Shown: positions 18,992-30,242 of the stretch, in pieces
Position numbering within the stretch: the first letter of the stretch is position 1
Layout: every line of letters begins with the position of its first letter
DNA from: Planctomycetota bacterium
GTDB lineage: Bacteria; Planctomycetota; B15-G4; JADJEK01
NCBI GenBank assembly: GCA_044225365.1
Contig: JBGAIQ010000001.1
Coordinates: 128,001 to 192,000 of the forward strand
Length of the DNA: 64,000 nt
Direction of reading: 5' to 3'
The notes under the pieces: model-generated
Databases searched by the model: none
What the model saw: the letters and a program-made list of their open reading frames with translations, nothing else
What the model was told of the DNA's origin: nothing
Translations under genes and position numbers: made by a program

Positions 18992-19564
18992 ATGGCGAAG
19001 AAATCACCGACGCGTGGCAAGGGCAACGGTACGGCAGGCAAGACTGCGTCACCCGCGCCCGGCAAGACCGGTCGCGACAACCTGGACATCGAACAGGTCG
19101 AGCGTCTGATGCACCTCATGGCGCAGAATGGCGTCCTCGAACTCGAGGTCCAGAACGGGCCGGATCGCAAGGTCCGACTCTCGCGGCGGGCGCCCGAAGC
19201 GACGACGATGATCCTCCCGGGACCGCTCGCGCACACGCCGGCGCAGGCCTCGGTGCATCCCACGCATCACGCTCCGCCGCCGCAGCCCACGGCGCCGAAG
19301 GACGCGGGTCCGCCCCCCGGCACGATCGAGTTCTGCTCGCCGATGGTCGGCACGTTCTATCGTGCACCGAATCCCGAATCCGCGCCCTACGCGGTGCCCG
19401 GAGACAAGGTCGGCCCCGAGACCGTCGTCTGCATCATCGAGGCGATGAAGGTGATGAACGAGATCAAGGCCGAGATCTCGGGCGAAGTCGTCGACGTCCT
19501 CGTCGAGAACGGCGAAGCGGTCGAGTACGGCCAGCCTCTTTTCCTCATTCGGAAGACCGGATGA
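18992..19564 (+). CDS. accB: Acetyl-CoA carboxylase biotin carboxyl carrier protein
   Basis: [17 protein letters not shown] biotinylation motif, VEYGQPLF. Confidence 0.96.
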   Translation: MAKKSPTRGKGNGTAGKTASPAPGKTGRDNLDIEQVERLMHLMAQNGVLELEVQNGPDRKVRLSRRAPEATTMILPGPLAHTPAQASVHPTHHAPPPQPTAPKDAGPPPGTIEFCSPMVGTFYRAPNPESAPYAVPGDKVGPETVVCIIEAMKVMNEIKAEISGEVVDVLVENGEAVEYGQPLFLIRKTG

Positions 19565-19583
19565 CCGGTTGGCCGGGAGCGCC

Positions 19584-20930
19584 ATGTTCAAACGCATCCT
19601 GATCGCCAATCGTGGTGAGATTGCATTGCGCGTGATCCGCGCGTGTCGCGAACTCGGAGTCGAGACGGTCGCCGTCTACTCCGAGGCCGACGCCAACGCG
19701 ATCTATCTGCGTCATGCCGACGAGACCATCTGCATCGGCCCTGCGCGCTCGGCGCAGAGCTATCTCGAGATCCCACGGATCATCAGCGCCGCGGAGATCG
19801 CAGACGTGGAGGCCATCCACCCGGGATACGGATTCCTGTCGGAGAACGAGCACTTTGCAGAGGTCTGCGAATCGTGCGGCATCACCTTCATCGGACCGAA
19901 GCCGAAGACGATCGCACTCGTCGGCAACAAGTCGCGCGCGAAGGACACGGCGAAGAAGGCCGGCGTTCCCGTCATCCCCGGGTCGGAGTCGATCCTGGCG
20001 TCGGAGCAGGAGGCGCTCACGGAGGCGCACCGGATCAAGTACCCGGTCCTCATCAAGGCGGCGTCCGGCGGCGGCGGTCGCGGCATGCGCATCGCCCACA
20101 ACGATGTTTCGCTCATCAATGGTTTCCATGCCGCGCGCTCGGAAGCGGAGGCGGCCTTCGGTGACGCCTCGGTCTACCTCGAGAAACTGATCGAGAAGCC
20201 GCGTCACGTCGAGATCCAGGTGCTGCGCGACAGTTTCGGTAACTTCGTCTTCCTCGGCGAACGCGACTGCTCGGTGCAGCGCCGACATCAGAAGATCATC
20301 GAAGAGTCGCCCTCGCCGGTCCTGACCGAGGACCTCCGCAAGAAGATGGGTGACGCGGCGCGGCGCCTGTGCGAGGCTGCGGATTACTTGAACGCGGGTA
20401 CCGTCGAGTTCCTCGTGGACAAGCACCTCAACTTCTACTTCATGGAAGTGAACGCTCGCGTGCAGGTCGAGCATCCCGTGACCGAGATGGTGACGGGCGT
20501 CGACATCGTCCAGGAGCAGATCCGCATCGCGGCGGGCGAGAAGCTGTCGTTCCGGCAGAAGGACATCAAGATCAACGGCTGCGCGATCGAATGTCGGATC
20601 AATGCCGAGGATCCCAAGGACAACTTCCGTCCGTCTCCCGGTCGCATTCGAACGTACTACAGTCCGGGCGGCGCGCACGTGCGGCTCGATTCTCACGCGT
20701 ACGCGGGCTACGACATCCCGCCTTATTACGACTCCCTGATCGGGAAGCTCCTGGTGTGGGGTGAAACGCGCGAAGTGGCATTGCGGCGGATGGAGTGTGC
20801 GCTCGACGAGTTCGTGATCGACGGCGTGAAGACCACGATCCCGCTGCACATCGAGATCATGCGCAACGCACGTTTCCGGCAGGGAGATGTCGATACCTCG
20901 TTCCTCGAATCGGAACTCTTGAACCGGTGA
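19584..20930 (+). CDS. accC: Acetyl-CoA carboxylase biotin carboxylase
   Basis: [47 protein letters not shown]. Confidence 0.97.
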   Translation: MFKRILIANRGEIALRVIRACRELGVETVAVYSEADANAIYLRHADETICIGPARSAQSYLEIPRIISAAEIADVEAIHPGYGFLSENEHFAEVCESCGITFIGPKPKTIALVGNKSRAKDTAKKAGVPVIPGSESILASEQEALTEAHRIKYPVLIKAASGGGGRGMRIAHNDVSLINGFHAARSEAEAAFGDASVYLEKLIEKPRHVEIQVLRDSFGNFVFLGERDCSVQRRHQKIIEESPSPVLTEDLRKKMGDAARRLCEAADYLNAGTVEFLVDKHLNFYFMEVNARVQVEHPVTEMVTGVDIVQEQIRIAAGEKLSFRQKDIKINGCAIECRINAEDPKDNFRPSPGRIRTYYSPGGAHVRLDSHAYAGYDIPPYYDSLIGKLLVWGETREVALRRMECALDEFVIDGVKTTIPLHIEIMRNARFRQGDVDTSFLESELLNR

Positions 20931-20934
20931 CAGC

Positions 20935-21624
20935 GTGTACGCAATCTGGCGCCTGACCTCGCTGCTGACCACGATCCTCAATCGTCTCGTCGCCCTCGCG
21001 GTCGGCGGTGCGTTGGTGTGGGATTTGTCGCACGCACTCGTCGGCGGAGAATTCTTCAGTGCGTTCGAATGGGCGCACTCCCAAGTGGCGGCTCACGTCC
21101 GAGTCGCGCTCGCGTTCGGCGGGCTGCTCGTGCTGCTGAACTTGAACATCCTCCAGTTCCTGCTGTTCATGCTCATCAACTCACCGGGCCGCGCCTATAT
21201 CGAGTCGAAGGCCGCCGGCGGGCAGTCGCGCGTGTCGCTCGCGGCGATCCAGGATGCGCTTCGCGCCACCGCTCTGCAGGTGCCCGAGATCTCCCGATCA
21301 CGAATTCGTGTCCTGAAGCTCGGCGCGAATCGGTACCGGGTCCACATCCGCTACTACGCTCGCACCGTTCACGATGCGGGCAACGCCGCCGAGCACCTCC
21401 GGCTCGTCCTCAAGAAGCGGTTCTCGGACATCGTCGTGCTCGATCCGCGGGATCGCGTCGAATTCGATCTCGATCTCGCGGGCATCGACGGTCTGAATCG
21501 GAAGCCGCTCACCGAGATCAAGCATCTCGCCGACCTGAAGCGCAACGAGGCGCCGCGCCCGCGACCGGAGCCGATCGATCCCTCCTTCAAGGGGCCGATC
21601 TACCCGGTCGAGGGCGAGAATTGA
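20935..21624 (+). CDS. Membrane-anchored AmaP/Asp23-like protein
   Basis: Two N-terminal TM helices, then G..RVS..AI...........PEI....IRV, resembling the Asp23/AmaP fold; directly after accC. Confidence 0.5.
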   Translation: MYAIWRLTSLLTTILNRLVALAVGGALVWDLSHALVGGEFFSAFEWAHSQVAAHVRVALAFGGLLVLLNLNILQFLLFMLINSPGRAYIESKAAGGQSRVSLAAIQDALRATALQVPEISRSRIRVLKLGANRYRVHIRYYARTVHDAGNAAEHLRLVLKKRFSDIVVLDPRDRVEFDLDLAGIDGLNRKPLTEIKHLADLKRNEAPRPRPEPIDPSFKGPIYPVEGEN

Positions 21625-21753
21625 CTCGATTCCCGTCGCGGGGCTCGCCCGGGTCGTGAGCAACGAGCCAAAGTTGCCGGTCATTTGCGCCGCGCTTACG
21701 GAATCGCCCATTTTCCGATGGTAGAACGGCCGGTCTGCCTTTTTTCTATTCGA

Positions 21754-21782
21754 TTGAGCCCGCGCAGTGAGAATGCCGAAAA
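21754..21782 (+). promoter_or_regulatory. Weaker copy of the sigma-28-like motif, TTGAG-N16-GCCGAAAA
   Basis: Intergenic, upstream of the gene heading the nucleotide-sugar operon. Confidence 0.35.
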
Positions 21783-21966
21783 CAGCTTGCTGCCGAGAAT
21801 TGCGACGGGACGTCACCGTGGTGATTCGAGGAACCCGAGGGGCCTGGGGTCGATGGACCCGGGGCCGATCCTCGCGCGGCGCTTCGTCGATCCATCGAGC
21901 GCTTTCGTTGCGATCCCGGATCCCGTGAGATCGCGCCCCGGCGCGCGCACAGCGAAACGAGAAGTC

Positions 21967-22983
21967 ATGAGGAGTGCACGGAGCATCTTCGAGTCCATGC
22001 GGGGCGTCGCCCTGCTCGTGTTCGTGTGCCTATCGGCCTCCAGCGTTGCCGAGGCACGGCAGAAGAAGCCACCCGGGAAGACTGCACCCCCAAAGCCGCC
22101 GGCGCCGCCGCACGTCGGGAAGACCGGACCGAAGCTGCCGCCGGCGCACAATCCCGCGGTGAAGGCGCCGTCGGCCACGCATTCCCCGTCCACGTTCGTG
22201 CTGCCACCGAGCACGGCGGGTGCGCGCACGTCCTCCGAGTCGGCGGAAAAGCCGAGCCACGTTCCCGCGGGTCCAAAGCCCGACGTGCCGGCAGAGCCGA
22301 TCGCGTTCGTGACTCGCCTCACCGATCCCGTAGCGGTACTCGACGCCGAGGCCGAGGCGGAGCTGCCGCTGTTCCATTGGGAGAAGAAGCACGGGCTACG
22401 GCTGTACGACGGCCTCCGACAAGGCGTCGCGGGCGTGTCCGAGGTGTTCTTCCCGGACGACTACACGACGCTGCGCTTCTTCGGCGAGAATCACTTCTTC
22501 ATCACGGAGTCGGGCGCCAAGGGCCATCGGCTCGAGTTCGAAGCGATTCGCCGGGTCCGCGTCGAGGCTCGGGCGACGCCGATCGTCCTCCTGCTCCCCG
22601 GCGGAACGACGATCACGTGCGAATCGACGATCCTGAACGTCAGCCTCGACGAACGCGATCACCGCTACATCGTCAAGAACGACGGACCGGGTGACGTACA
22701 TCTCGAGGGTCCGATCCTGCCGCCCGAGGCGGCTTCCGTTCCCGCCGGGAACGAAGTACAGATTCCGATCGTGCAGGATGCGAAGACCGCGGACCTCGAC
22801 GGTTCCGACGCACAGGTGACGCGCGACGCTTGGGCCGGGCATTCGCTCGAACTTCAGGGCGACGTGGCCGTCACTCGACATACGAATGAACTGGAACTCA
22901 CGGGTTCGGGTACGGCACGCGTCGGCGGCGCTCGGATCGTGGTGAACGGATCGCGCGTGATCATTTCGAAACCGCGCGGATGA
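21967..22983 (+). CDS. Exported hypothetical protein, Pro/Lys-rich N-terminal region and beta-rich C-terminal domain
   Basis: Signal peptide ending [19 protein letters not shown] tract, typical codon usage; start 21967 or 21997. Confidence 0.7.
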   Translation: MRSARSIFESMRGVALLVFVCLSASSVAEARQKKPPGKTAPPKPPAPPHVGKTGPKLPPAHNPAVKAPSATHSPSTFVLPPSTAGARTSSESAEKPSHVPAGPKPDVPAEPIAFVTRLTDPVAVLDAEAEAELPLFHWEKKHGLRLYDGLRQGVAGVSEVFFPDDYTTLRFFGENHFFITESGAKGHRLEFEAIRRVRVEARATPIVLLLPGGTTITCESTILNVSLDERDHRYIVKNDGPGDVHLEGPILPPEAASVPAGNEVQIPIVQDAKTADLDGSDAQVTRDAWAGHSLELQGDVAVTRHTNELELTGSGTARVGGARIVVNGSRVIISKPRG

Positions 22984-23020
22984 ATCGAATGGACTCGCTG
23001 TCCTTGTTGGAGCATTGCTC

Positions 23021-23980
23021 ATGCCTCGTGCTTTGGTGACCGGTGGTGCGGGCTTCCTCGGCTCGCATCTCTCCGATCGGCTGATCGCCGACGGATACGA
23101 AGTGATCGTGATGGACAACCTGCTGACGGGCGACGCGACGAACATCGCGCACCTGTTCGGGCACGAGCGGTTCAGCTTCGTGAAGTACGACGTCACGAAC
23201 TATCTCCACATCGATGGTCCGCTCGACTACGTGTTCCACTTCGCGTCGCCAGCGTCGCCGATCGACTACCTCGAGTATCCGATCCAGACCTTGAAGGTCG
23301 GTTCGATCGGAACGATGCGCGCGCTCGGCCTCGCGAAGGCGAAGAAGGCCGTGTTCACGATGGCGTCGACCTCGGAGTGCTACGGCGATCCGCTGGTGCA
23401 CCCGCAGCGCGAGGATTACTGGGGCAACGTCAACCCGGTCGGCCCGCGCGGCGTCTACGACGAAGCAAAGCGCTTCGCCGAGGCGATGATCATGGCGTAT
23501 CACCGGTATCACCACGTCGAGACGCGAATCGTTCGCATCTTCAACACCTACGGTCCGCGCATGCGCCTCAACGACGGCCGAGCGCTCCCGACCTTCATGC
23601 TCCAGGCGCTTCGCGGCGAGGACATCACGGTCTTCGGCGACGGCTCGCAGACGCGCTCGTTCTGCTACGTCTCCGATCTGATCGACGGCATCGTCCGCCT
23701 GTCGCGCAGCAAGGAGTACTACCCGGTCAACATCGGCAACCCTCACGAGATCACGATCTTCGAATTCGCGAAGAAGGTGGTCGAACTCACCGGAAGCAAG
23801 AGTCGGATCGTCAATCGTCCGCTGCCGGAAGACGATCCGAAGATCCGCCAGCCCGACATCACCAAGGCGCGTCAGCTCCTTGGGTGGGAACCGAAGGTCA
23901 ATCTGCACGAAGGCCTAAAGACGACGCTCGAGTTCTTCCAGAAGCAAGTCGCGAAGCTGAAGGACTCGCCGGCGCGTTGA
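23021..23980 (+). CDS. UDP-glucuronate decarboxylase (UDP-xylose synthase) family SDR
   Basis: [57 protein letters not shown]. Confidence 0.9.
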   Translation: MPRALVTGGAGFLGSHLSDRLIADGYEVIVMDNLLTGDATNIAHLFGHERFSFVKYDVTNYLHIDGPLDYVFHFASPASPIDYLEYPIQTLKVGSIGTMRALGLAKAKKAVFTMASTSECYGDPLVHPQREDYWGNVNPVGPRGVYDEAKRFAEAMIMAYHRYHHVETRIVRIFNTYGPRMRLNDGRALPTFMLQALRGEDITVFGDGSQTRSFCYVSDLIDGIVRLSRSKEYYPVNIGNPHEITIFEFAKKVVELTGSKSRIVNRPLPEDDPKIRQPDITKARQLLGWEPKVNLHEGLKTTLEFFQKQVAKLKDSPAR

Positions 23981-23998
23981 ACGCGGCGAGATCGATGG

Positions 23999-25834
23999 AT
24001 GTGCGGGATCTTCGGCTGCGCCGCGCGGCGTGACGTTGCGAACCTGATCGTGGAGAGCCTGCGGCACCTCGAGTACCGCGGTTACGACTCCGCGGGCGTT
24101 GCCGTGGTCCATGGCAACGAACTCGAAGTCGTCCGTCGCGAAGGTCGCATCGACAACCTCGCCGACGAGGTCGGCAAGATGCAACTGCACGGCGACACTG
24201 GGATCGGCCACACACGGTGGGCGACACACGGTCCGCCGTCAGAACGCAACGCCCACCCGCACCGCGACGGCAGCGGCAACCTCGCGCTCATCCACAACGG
24301 CATCGTCGAGAATCACGACGTGCTGCGCGAGCGACTGAAGGGCCAGGGTCATGTGTTCGTCAGCGAGACGGACTCCGAGATCTTGCCGCATCTGATCGAA
24401 GAACACATGAAGACGGGGAAGGGACTCGTCGAGGCGGTGATCCTGACGATCAAGGAGATCGTCGGAACGTACGCATTCGTCGTGCTCGACCGGCGTCGTC
24501 CCGGCGTGCTGGTCGCCGCGCGCAAGGATTCGCCTCTCGTCGTCGGTGTCGGCAAGGGCGAGAACTTCGTAGCCTCGGACGTCTCGGCGCTCCTGCCCGT
24601 GACTCGCGACGTCATCTACCTCGGCAATGGGGAGGTCGTGGAGGTCGCGCGCGACGGCATCTCCCTCTTCGGTCTCGACGGCAAGGTCCGCACGCCTAGG
24701 GTCGAGCGGATCGAGTGGGACGCCGAATCGGCCGCGAAGGGCGGCTATCGTCACTTCATGCAGAAGGAGATCGAGGAGCAGCCGACCGTGCTCGCACGGA
24801 CCCTGCAGCGCTACCTCGACGTCTCCACCGGAATGCTCGCATTGCCCTCGCTCGAAGGGATCCGCGGGTTCCTCGACGAATGCGAGCGCATCTCGATCAT
24901 CGCCTGCGGAACCTCGTGGCACGCGGGCCTCGTCGGCAAGTTCCTGATCGAATCGCGCGCCGGCATCCCGGTCGAAGTCGACTACGCATCGGAATATCGC
25001 TACCGCGATCCGATCCTCGCGAAGAAACACCTCATCGTCGCGATCTCACAGAGCGGCGAGACGCTCGACACCAATGCGGCGGTTCGCGATGCTCGCGAGC
25101 GCGGTGCGAAGCTGCTCTCGATCGTCAACGTGCAAGGCTCCTCGCTCACTCGCGAGAGCGACGCCGTGATCCTCACGGATGCGGGCCCCGAGATCGGCGT
25201 GGCTTCGACGAAGGCGTTCACCACCCAGCTCCTCGCACTGCAGCTCCTCTCGATCGAGATCGCGGTCATCCGCAAGACCCTCGATTCCTCGCGCGTCGGC
25301 CAACTTCTCGATTCGCTCCGCCGCCTGCCGCTCAAGATGCAGGAGTGTCTCGCGCAGAGCGACGCGGTGTACGAAGCCGCCGAGCGATACGCGCGGGCTT
25401 CGGACTTCCTGTTCCTCGGCCGCGGGGTCAACTACCCGATCGCGCTCGAGGGGGCCTTGAAGCTGAAGGAGATCAGCTACGTCCACGCCGAGGGTTATCC
25501 GGCGGGAGAGATGAAACACGGCCCGATCGCGCTCATCGACAAGCGCATGCCCGTCGTCGTGATCGCGACGCCCGGTCGCGTGCGCGACAAAGTTCTCTCG
25601 AACATGCAGGAAGTGCGCGCGCGAGGTGGTCAAGTGATCGCCGTAGCCGCAGCGCACGACCAGGAAGCGCGCAAGCTCGCCGATATCGTGCTGCCCGTCC
25701 CGGAGGTCGACGAGGAATCGTCGCCTCTCGTGAATGTGCTGCCGTTGCAGCGACTTGCCTATTGGATCGCCGACCTGCGGGGTTGCGATATCGACAAGCC
25801 CCGCAATCTCGCGAAGAGCGTCACCGTCGAGTGA
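23999..25834 (+). CDS. glmS: Glutamine--fructose-6-phosphate aminotransferase
   Basis: MCGI, LEYRGYDSAG, GHTRWATHG, SQSGET, KHGPIAL, PRNLAKSVTVE. Confidence 0.98.
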   Translation: MCGIFGCAARRDVANLIVESLRHLEYRGYDSAGVAVVHGNELEVVRREGRIDNLADEVGKMQLHGDTGIGHTRWATHGPPSERNAHPHRDGSGNLALIHNGIVENHDVLRERLKGQGHVFVSETDSEILPHLIEEHMKTGKGLVEAVILTIKEIVGTYAFVVLDRRRPGVLVAARKDSPLVVGVGKGENFVASDVSALLPVTRDVIYLGNGEVVEVARDGISLFGLDGKVRTPRVERIEWDAESAAKGGYRHFMQKEIEEQPTVLARTLQRYLDVSTGMLALPSLEGIRGFLDECERISIIACGTSWHAGLVGKFLIESRAGIPVEVDYASEYRYRDPILAKKHLIVAISQSGETLDTNAAVRDARERGAKLLSIVNVQGSSLTRESDAVILTDAGPEIGVASTKAFTTQLLALQLLSIEIAVIRKTLDSSRVGQLLDSLRRLPLKMQECLAQSDAVYEAAERYARASDFLFLGRGVNYPIALEGALKLKEISYVHAEGYPAGEMKHGPIALIDKRMPVVVIATPGRVRDKVLSNMQEVRARGGQVIAVAAAHDQEARKLADIVLPVPEVDEESSPLVNVLPLQRLAYWIADLRGCDIDKPRNLAKSVTVE

Positions 25835-25841
25835 GGAAGCC

Positions 25842-27161
25842 GTGCCCGAGAACGAATATCTGTCCCGTCTGAAGAAGAAGGTCGAGAATCGCGAGCTGAA
25901 GGTCGCGGTCGTCGGCCTCGGCTACGTGGGACTCCCGCTCGCCGTTCGCTTCGCCGAGTTCGGATTCACCGTGGTCGGCATCGACCTCGACAAGAAGAAG
26001 GTCGATTCGATCAACGCAGGCGTTTCCTACATCGACGACGTGCCCACGGCCTCGGTCGCCGAGTGCGTGAAGAAGGGCAAGCTGCGGGCGAGCGCCGATC
26101 CGAACGTGTACGGCGAGGTCGACTCGATCTCGATCTGCGTTCCGACGCCGCTCTCGAAGTTCCGCGATCCCGATCTCGGCGCCGTGATCTCCGTCGCCGA
26201 CGCGATGGCGAAGTACTTGCGCGCCGGTCAGCTCGTCGTGCTCGAGAGCACGACGTATCCCGGAACGACCGAGGATGTCTTCCTGCCGCGATTCGCCGCG
26301 CGCGGGCTCGAGCCCGGTCGTGATTGCTTCCTCGCGTTCTCGCCAGAACGCGTCGATCCGGGTCGCCGCGATTTCATGATGAAGAACACTCCCCGCGTCG
26401 TCGGCGGACAGACGAAGGCCTGCCAGGAAGCCGCGGCGGCGGTCTACGGCAGCTCGATCGACACGATCGTGAAAGTCTCGAGTCCACGCACGGCCGAGAT
26501 GGCGAAGTTGCTCGAGAACACGTTCCGCTCGGTCAACATCGCGCTCGTCAACGAACTCGCGATCATGTGCGACCGACTCGATATCGACGTCTTCGAGGTG
26601 ATTCGCGCGGCGTCGAGCAAGCCCTTCGGCTTCATGCCGTTCTATCCAGGCCCGGGCCTCGGCGGGCATTGCTTGCCGATCGACCCGCTCTACCTGTCGT
26701 GGAAGATGCGCAGCCTCGACTATCGCGCCCGCTTCATCGAAGTGGCCGACGAGATCAATCGCTCGATGCCGCACTACGTCGTGAACAAGGTCTTCCAGGC
26801 ATTGAACAGCGTGAGCAAGCCGGTGAAGGGAGCGAAGGTCCTCATCCTCGGGGTCGCCTACAAGCGCGACGTCGAGGACATTCGCGAGTCGCCCGCTTTC
26901 GATGTCATCAAAGGACTCGAGAAGCTCGGCGCGGACGTCTCGTACAGCGATCCCTACGTACCGACGCTGGAGCCCGAAGGCGTCATGCTGCGGTCGGTGC
27001 CGCTCGACGAGAGGACGCTCGCGAACTGCGACTGCGCGCTCATCATCACCGATCACAAGAAGTTCGACTACCGGACGATCGTTCGCACGGCGCCGCTCGT
27101 GGTCGATACTCGCAACGCGACCGAAGCGGTTCGCGGCGAAGGCCGCGTCGTGACCTTGTAG
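25842..27161 (+). CDS. Nucleotide-sugar dehydrogenase (UDP-GlcNAc/ManNAc 6-dehydrogenase type)
   Basis: GLGYVGLP, ICVPTP, ESTTYPG, SPERVDPG, GGHCLPIDP, GVAYK..V.D.RESP. Confidence 0.92.
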   Translation: MPENEYLSRLKKKVENRELKVAVVGLGYVGLPLAVRFAEFGFTVVGIDLDKKKVDSINAGVSYIDDVPTASVAECVKKGKLRASADPNVYGEVDSISICVPTPLSKFRDPDLGAVISVADAMAKYLRAGQLVVLESTTYPGTTEDVFLPRFAARGLEPGRDCFLAFSPERVDPGRRDFMMKNTPRVVGGQTKACQEAAAAVYGSSIDTIVKVSSPRTAEMAKLLENTFRSVNIALVNELAIMCDRLDIDVFEVIRAASSKPFGFMPFYPGPGLGGHCLPIDPLYLSWKMRSLDYRARFIEVADEINRSMPHYVVNKVFQALNSVSKPVKGAKVLILGVAYKRDVEDIRESPAFDVIKGLEKLGADVSYSDPYVPTLEPEGVMLRSVPLDERTLANCDCALIITDHKKFDYRTIVRTAPLVVDTRNATEAVRGEGRVVTL

Positions 27162-27181
27162 TCGAGAGCGAGGAGAGAACC

Positions 27182-28144
27182 ATGGCGACGATCGTCGTAA
27201 CGGGAGCCGCGGGCTTCATCGGTTCGACCTTGAGCCACGCGCTGCTCGCGCGGGGTGACGAGGTCGTCGGGTTCGACAATTTCCATCCCTACTACGATCC
27301 CAGGCTGAAGCGCGCGAACGTCGCAGAACTCGCGACGCGCAAGGGCTTCCACTTCCTCGAGGGCGACCTGCGCGACGCGAAGTTCGTCGAGAGCGTGTTC
27401 GCCGGCCGGAAGATCGACGCCGTCGTCCATCTCGCGGCGATGGCGGGAGTGCGGCCGTCGATCTCCGATCCGATGCTGTATTCCGACGTCAACCTCACCG
27501 GCACGATGCTGCTGCTCGAGGCGATGCGGAAGAACGGCGTCAAGCGACTGATGTTCGGTTCGTCGTCGTCGGTCTACGGCGGCAGCAAGGACGTGCCCTT
27601 CAAGGAGTCCCAGATCGCCGATCGGCCGGTCTCTCCGTATGCGGCGACGAAGCGCGCGGGCGAGATCCTCTGCCACACCTATCATCACTTGCACGGCTTC
27701 TCGATCGCCTGTCTGCGGTTCTTCACCGTCTACGGCCCGAAGCAGCGGCCCGAGATGGCGATCCATCAGTTCACTTCGAAGATCGAGAAAGGAGAACCCA
27801 TCCCGTTCTTCGGCGACGGCACGTCGCAACGCGATTACACCTACGTCGACGACATCGTGGAGGGCATCCTCGCCGCCCTCGACCGCTCGCAAGGCTTCCA
27901 GATCTACAACCTCGGTGGCTCGCACACGATCGACCTGCGCGGTCTCGTCGCCGCGATCGAGAAGCGCGTCGGCCGCAAAGCGATCCTCGACAAGAAGCCC
28001 GATCAGCCCGGCGACGTCCCGATCACTTCGGCCGACGTATCGAAGGCCGAGCGCGAGATCGGTTGGAGGCCGAAGGTCACGATCGAAGAAGGCCTCGACC
28101 GCTTCATCGCGTGGTACCACGAGAAGCAAGCAGGCAAGGCGTGA
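27182..28144 (+). CDS. UDP-glucuronate 4-epimerase family SDR
   Basis: GAAGFIG, HLAAMAGVRPS, SSSSVYG, YAATK, LRFFTVYGP..RPEMA, QPGDV. Confidence 0.88.
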   Translation: MATIVVTGAAGFIGSTLSHALLARGDEVVGFDNFHPYYDPRLKRANVAELATRKGFHFLEGDLRDAKFVESVFAGRKIDAVVHLAAMAGVRPSISDPMLYSDVNLTGTMLLLEAMRKNGVKRLMFGSSSSVYGGSKDVPFKESQIADRPVSPYAATKRAGEILCHTYHHLHGFSIACLRFFTVYGPKQRPEMAIHQFTSKIEKGEPIPFFGDGTSQRDYTYVDDIVEGILAALDRSQGFQIYNLGGSHTIDLRGLVAAIEKRVGRKAILDKKPDQPGDVPITSADVSKAEREIGWRPKVTIEEGLDRFIAWYHEKQAGKA

Positions 28145-29286
28145 CGGAACGGCTCGCTGTCCAGGTGGTCGTCGGCGCGCGGCCCAACTTCATGAAGGCT
28201 GCGCCGGTCATCCTCGAGATGCGGCGTCGTGCCGATTTCGATGCTCGGCTCGTGCACACGGGACAGCATTACGACGAACGCATGTCGGACCTGTTCTTCC
28301 GCGACCTCGGAATGCCGCGTCCCGACGTCAATCTCGATGCGCGCTCTGGATCCCACGCCGTGCAGACCGCCGAGGTGATGACGCGGTTCGAGAAGTACCT
28401 CGGTGGACTCGAGCGACTCCCCGATCTCGTCATGGTGTTCGGCGACATCAACTCCACGATCGCTTGCTCCCTCGTCGCCGCGAAGGCGGGAGTGCCGCTC
28501 GCGCACGTCGAAGCCGGGCTGCGATCGTTCGATCGCGGCATGCCCGAGGAGTTGAATCGGATCTGCACCGACGCGCTGGCCGACCTCTGCTACGTGACGG
28601 AGCACTCCGGCATCGAGAACCTGGCGCGCGAGGGAAAACCAGGGGATCGATCGATCCTCGTCGGCAACACGATGATCGATTCGTTGCTGTTCCATCGAGA
28701 GCGCGCGAATCGGGGATTTCCCGCGCTGGCAAGCGCGCTCGCCGTGCGTGATCGTGGCTACGCGGTGTGCACGCTGCACCGTCCGAGCAACGTGGATCAG
28801 AAGGCGCCGCTCGAGCGCATCCTGAATGCGTTCGCGATCGTCTCGCGGGAGCTGCCCGTGCTGTGGCCCGCGCACCCGCGATTCCTGGCGCGAGTGAAGG
28901 AATTCGGACTCGAAGCGAATCTCGCGGCCCTCACGAACGTGAGGCTGCTCGAGCCGCAGGGTTATCTCGACTTCCTCGCGCTCATGGACCATGCCGCCCT
29001 CGTCCTCACCGACTCGGGGGGGATCCAGGAAGAGGCCTGCGTCCTCAAGGTCCCGTGCGTGACCTTGCGCGAGAACACCGAGCGACCCGTGACGCTCGAG
29101 ACGAAGGGCAACGTCCTCGTGGGCTCCGACACGAGTCGAATCATCGCCGCCGCGAGCGAGATGATGAACCTGCCCCGCGAACGGATCGGCGTTCCGGAGC
29201 TCTGGGACGGCAAGTCCGCGCCACGAATCGTCGACGACCTCGAGAAGCGACGCGGCACGCCCGCACTTGCGCGGAGGTTCGAATGA
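28141..29286 (+). CDS. wecB: UDP-N-acetylglucosamine 2-epimerase (non-hydrolysing)
   Basis: GARPNFMK, HTGQHYD, HVEAGLRS, TLHRPSN, TDSGGIQEE, RENTERP. Confidence 0.92.
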   Translation: MTERLAVQVVVGARPNFMKAAPVILEMRRRADFDARLVHTGQHYDERMSDLFFRDLGMPRPDVNLDARSGSHAVQTAEVMTRFEKYLGGLERLPDLVMVFGDINSTIACSLVAAKAGVPLAHVEAGLRSFDRGMPEELNRICTDALADLCYVTEHSGIENLAREGKPGDRSILVGNTMIDSLLFHRERANRGFPALASALAVRDRGYAVCTLHRPSNVDQKAPLERILNAFAIVSRELPVLWPAHPRFLARVKEFGLEANLAALTNVRLLEPQGYLDFLALMDHAALVLTDSGGIQEEACVLKVPCVTLRENTERPVTLETKGNVLVGSDTSRIIAAASEMMNLPRERIGVPELWDGKSAPRIVDDLEKRRGTPALARRFE

Positions 29287-30242
29287 TGCGCGTCGCACTC
29301 GTGACGGGCGGCGCCGGTTTCATCGGCTCGCATCTGGTGGACGGACTGCTCGCGCGCGGCTACGCCGTGCGCGTCCTCGACGATTTCAGTTCCGGCCGGG
29401 AAGCGAACCTCGCTTCGCACATCGCACAGCACAAGGTCGAGATCGTCCGCGGTGACTGCGCGGATCCCAAGGTGGCCGCCGCGGCCGTGGCGAACGTCAG
29501 CGTGATCTTCCACGAGGCGGCGCAGCCGTCGGTGCAGAAGTCGGTCGAGCAGCCCCTGCTCGCGCATCGGCGGAATCTCGATGCGACTCTCGTGCTCCTC
29601 GACCATGCGAGCAAGGCGGGCGTGAGTCGCTTCGTGTACGCCGGCTCGTCCTCCGCCTACGGCAACGATCCCGAGCTCCCGAAGCGGGAATCGATGCGTC
29701 CCGCGCCCCTCTCACCGTACGCGGCGCAAAAGCTCGCGTCCGAGTACTACGCGAGGGCGTACTCGGAATGCTATGGTCTGCACTCCGTGGTCCTTCGCTA
29801 CTTCAACGTGTATGGACCGCGTCAGGATCCGTCGTCGCCCTACTCCGGCGTCATCTCGCTCTTCATCACGTCGTTGCTGCGCGGCCAGCGCGTCAAGATC
29901 TACGGCGACGGTGAACAGACGCGGGACTTCGTCTTCGTGGGCGACGTCGTGGACGCCAACCTGCGGGCCGCCGAGGCCGATGTCGAACCCGGTTCCGTGT
30001 TCAACATCGCGGGTGGTCAGGCCATCTCGGTGAATCAGCTCTACCGGACCGTACAGGTCGCGGTGGGTGGGCCGGCGCTCGCGATCGAGCCGATCCACGA
30101 ACCCGCTCGCAAGGGCGATGTCCGCGCTTCGATCGCAGACCTCGCGCTCGCGCGCGCCGAACTCGACTTCGCGCCGAAGACCTCGCTCGAGCGGGGAATT
30201 CGCGCGACCGTAGATCACTATCGCAAGGAGATGTCGCTGTGA
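29283..30242 (+). CDS. NAD-dependent nucleotide-sugar 4-epimerase (WbpP/GalE-like SDR)
   Basis: GGAGFIG, SSSAYG, YAAQK, LRYFNVYGPRQDPSSPYSGVI, GDGEQTRDF. Confidence 0.9.
   Translation: MMRVALVTGGAGFIGSHLVDGLLARGYAVRVLDDFSSGREANLASHIAQHKVEIVRGDCADPKVAAAAVANVSVIFHEAAQPSVQKSVEQPLLAHRRNLDATLVLLDHASKAGVSRFVYAGSSSAYGNDPELPKRESMRPAPLSPYAAQKLASEYYARAYSECYGLHSVVLRYFNVYGPRQDPSSPYSGVISLFITSLLRGQRVKIYGDGEQTRDFVFVGDVVDANLRAAEADVEPGSVFNIAGGQAISVNQLYRTVQVAVGGPALAIEPIHEPARKGDVRASIADLALARAELDFAPKTSLERGIRATVDHYRKEMSL

Noticed and set aside
23981-23998. glmS ribozyme upstream of glmS
   Set aside because: Only 18 nt separate the previous stop from the glmS ATG; no room for it
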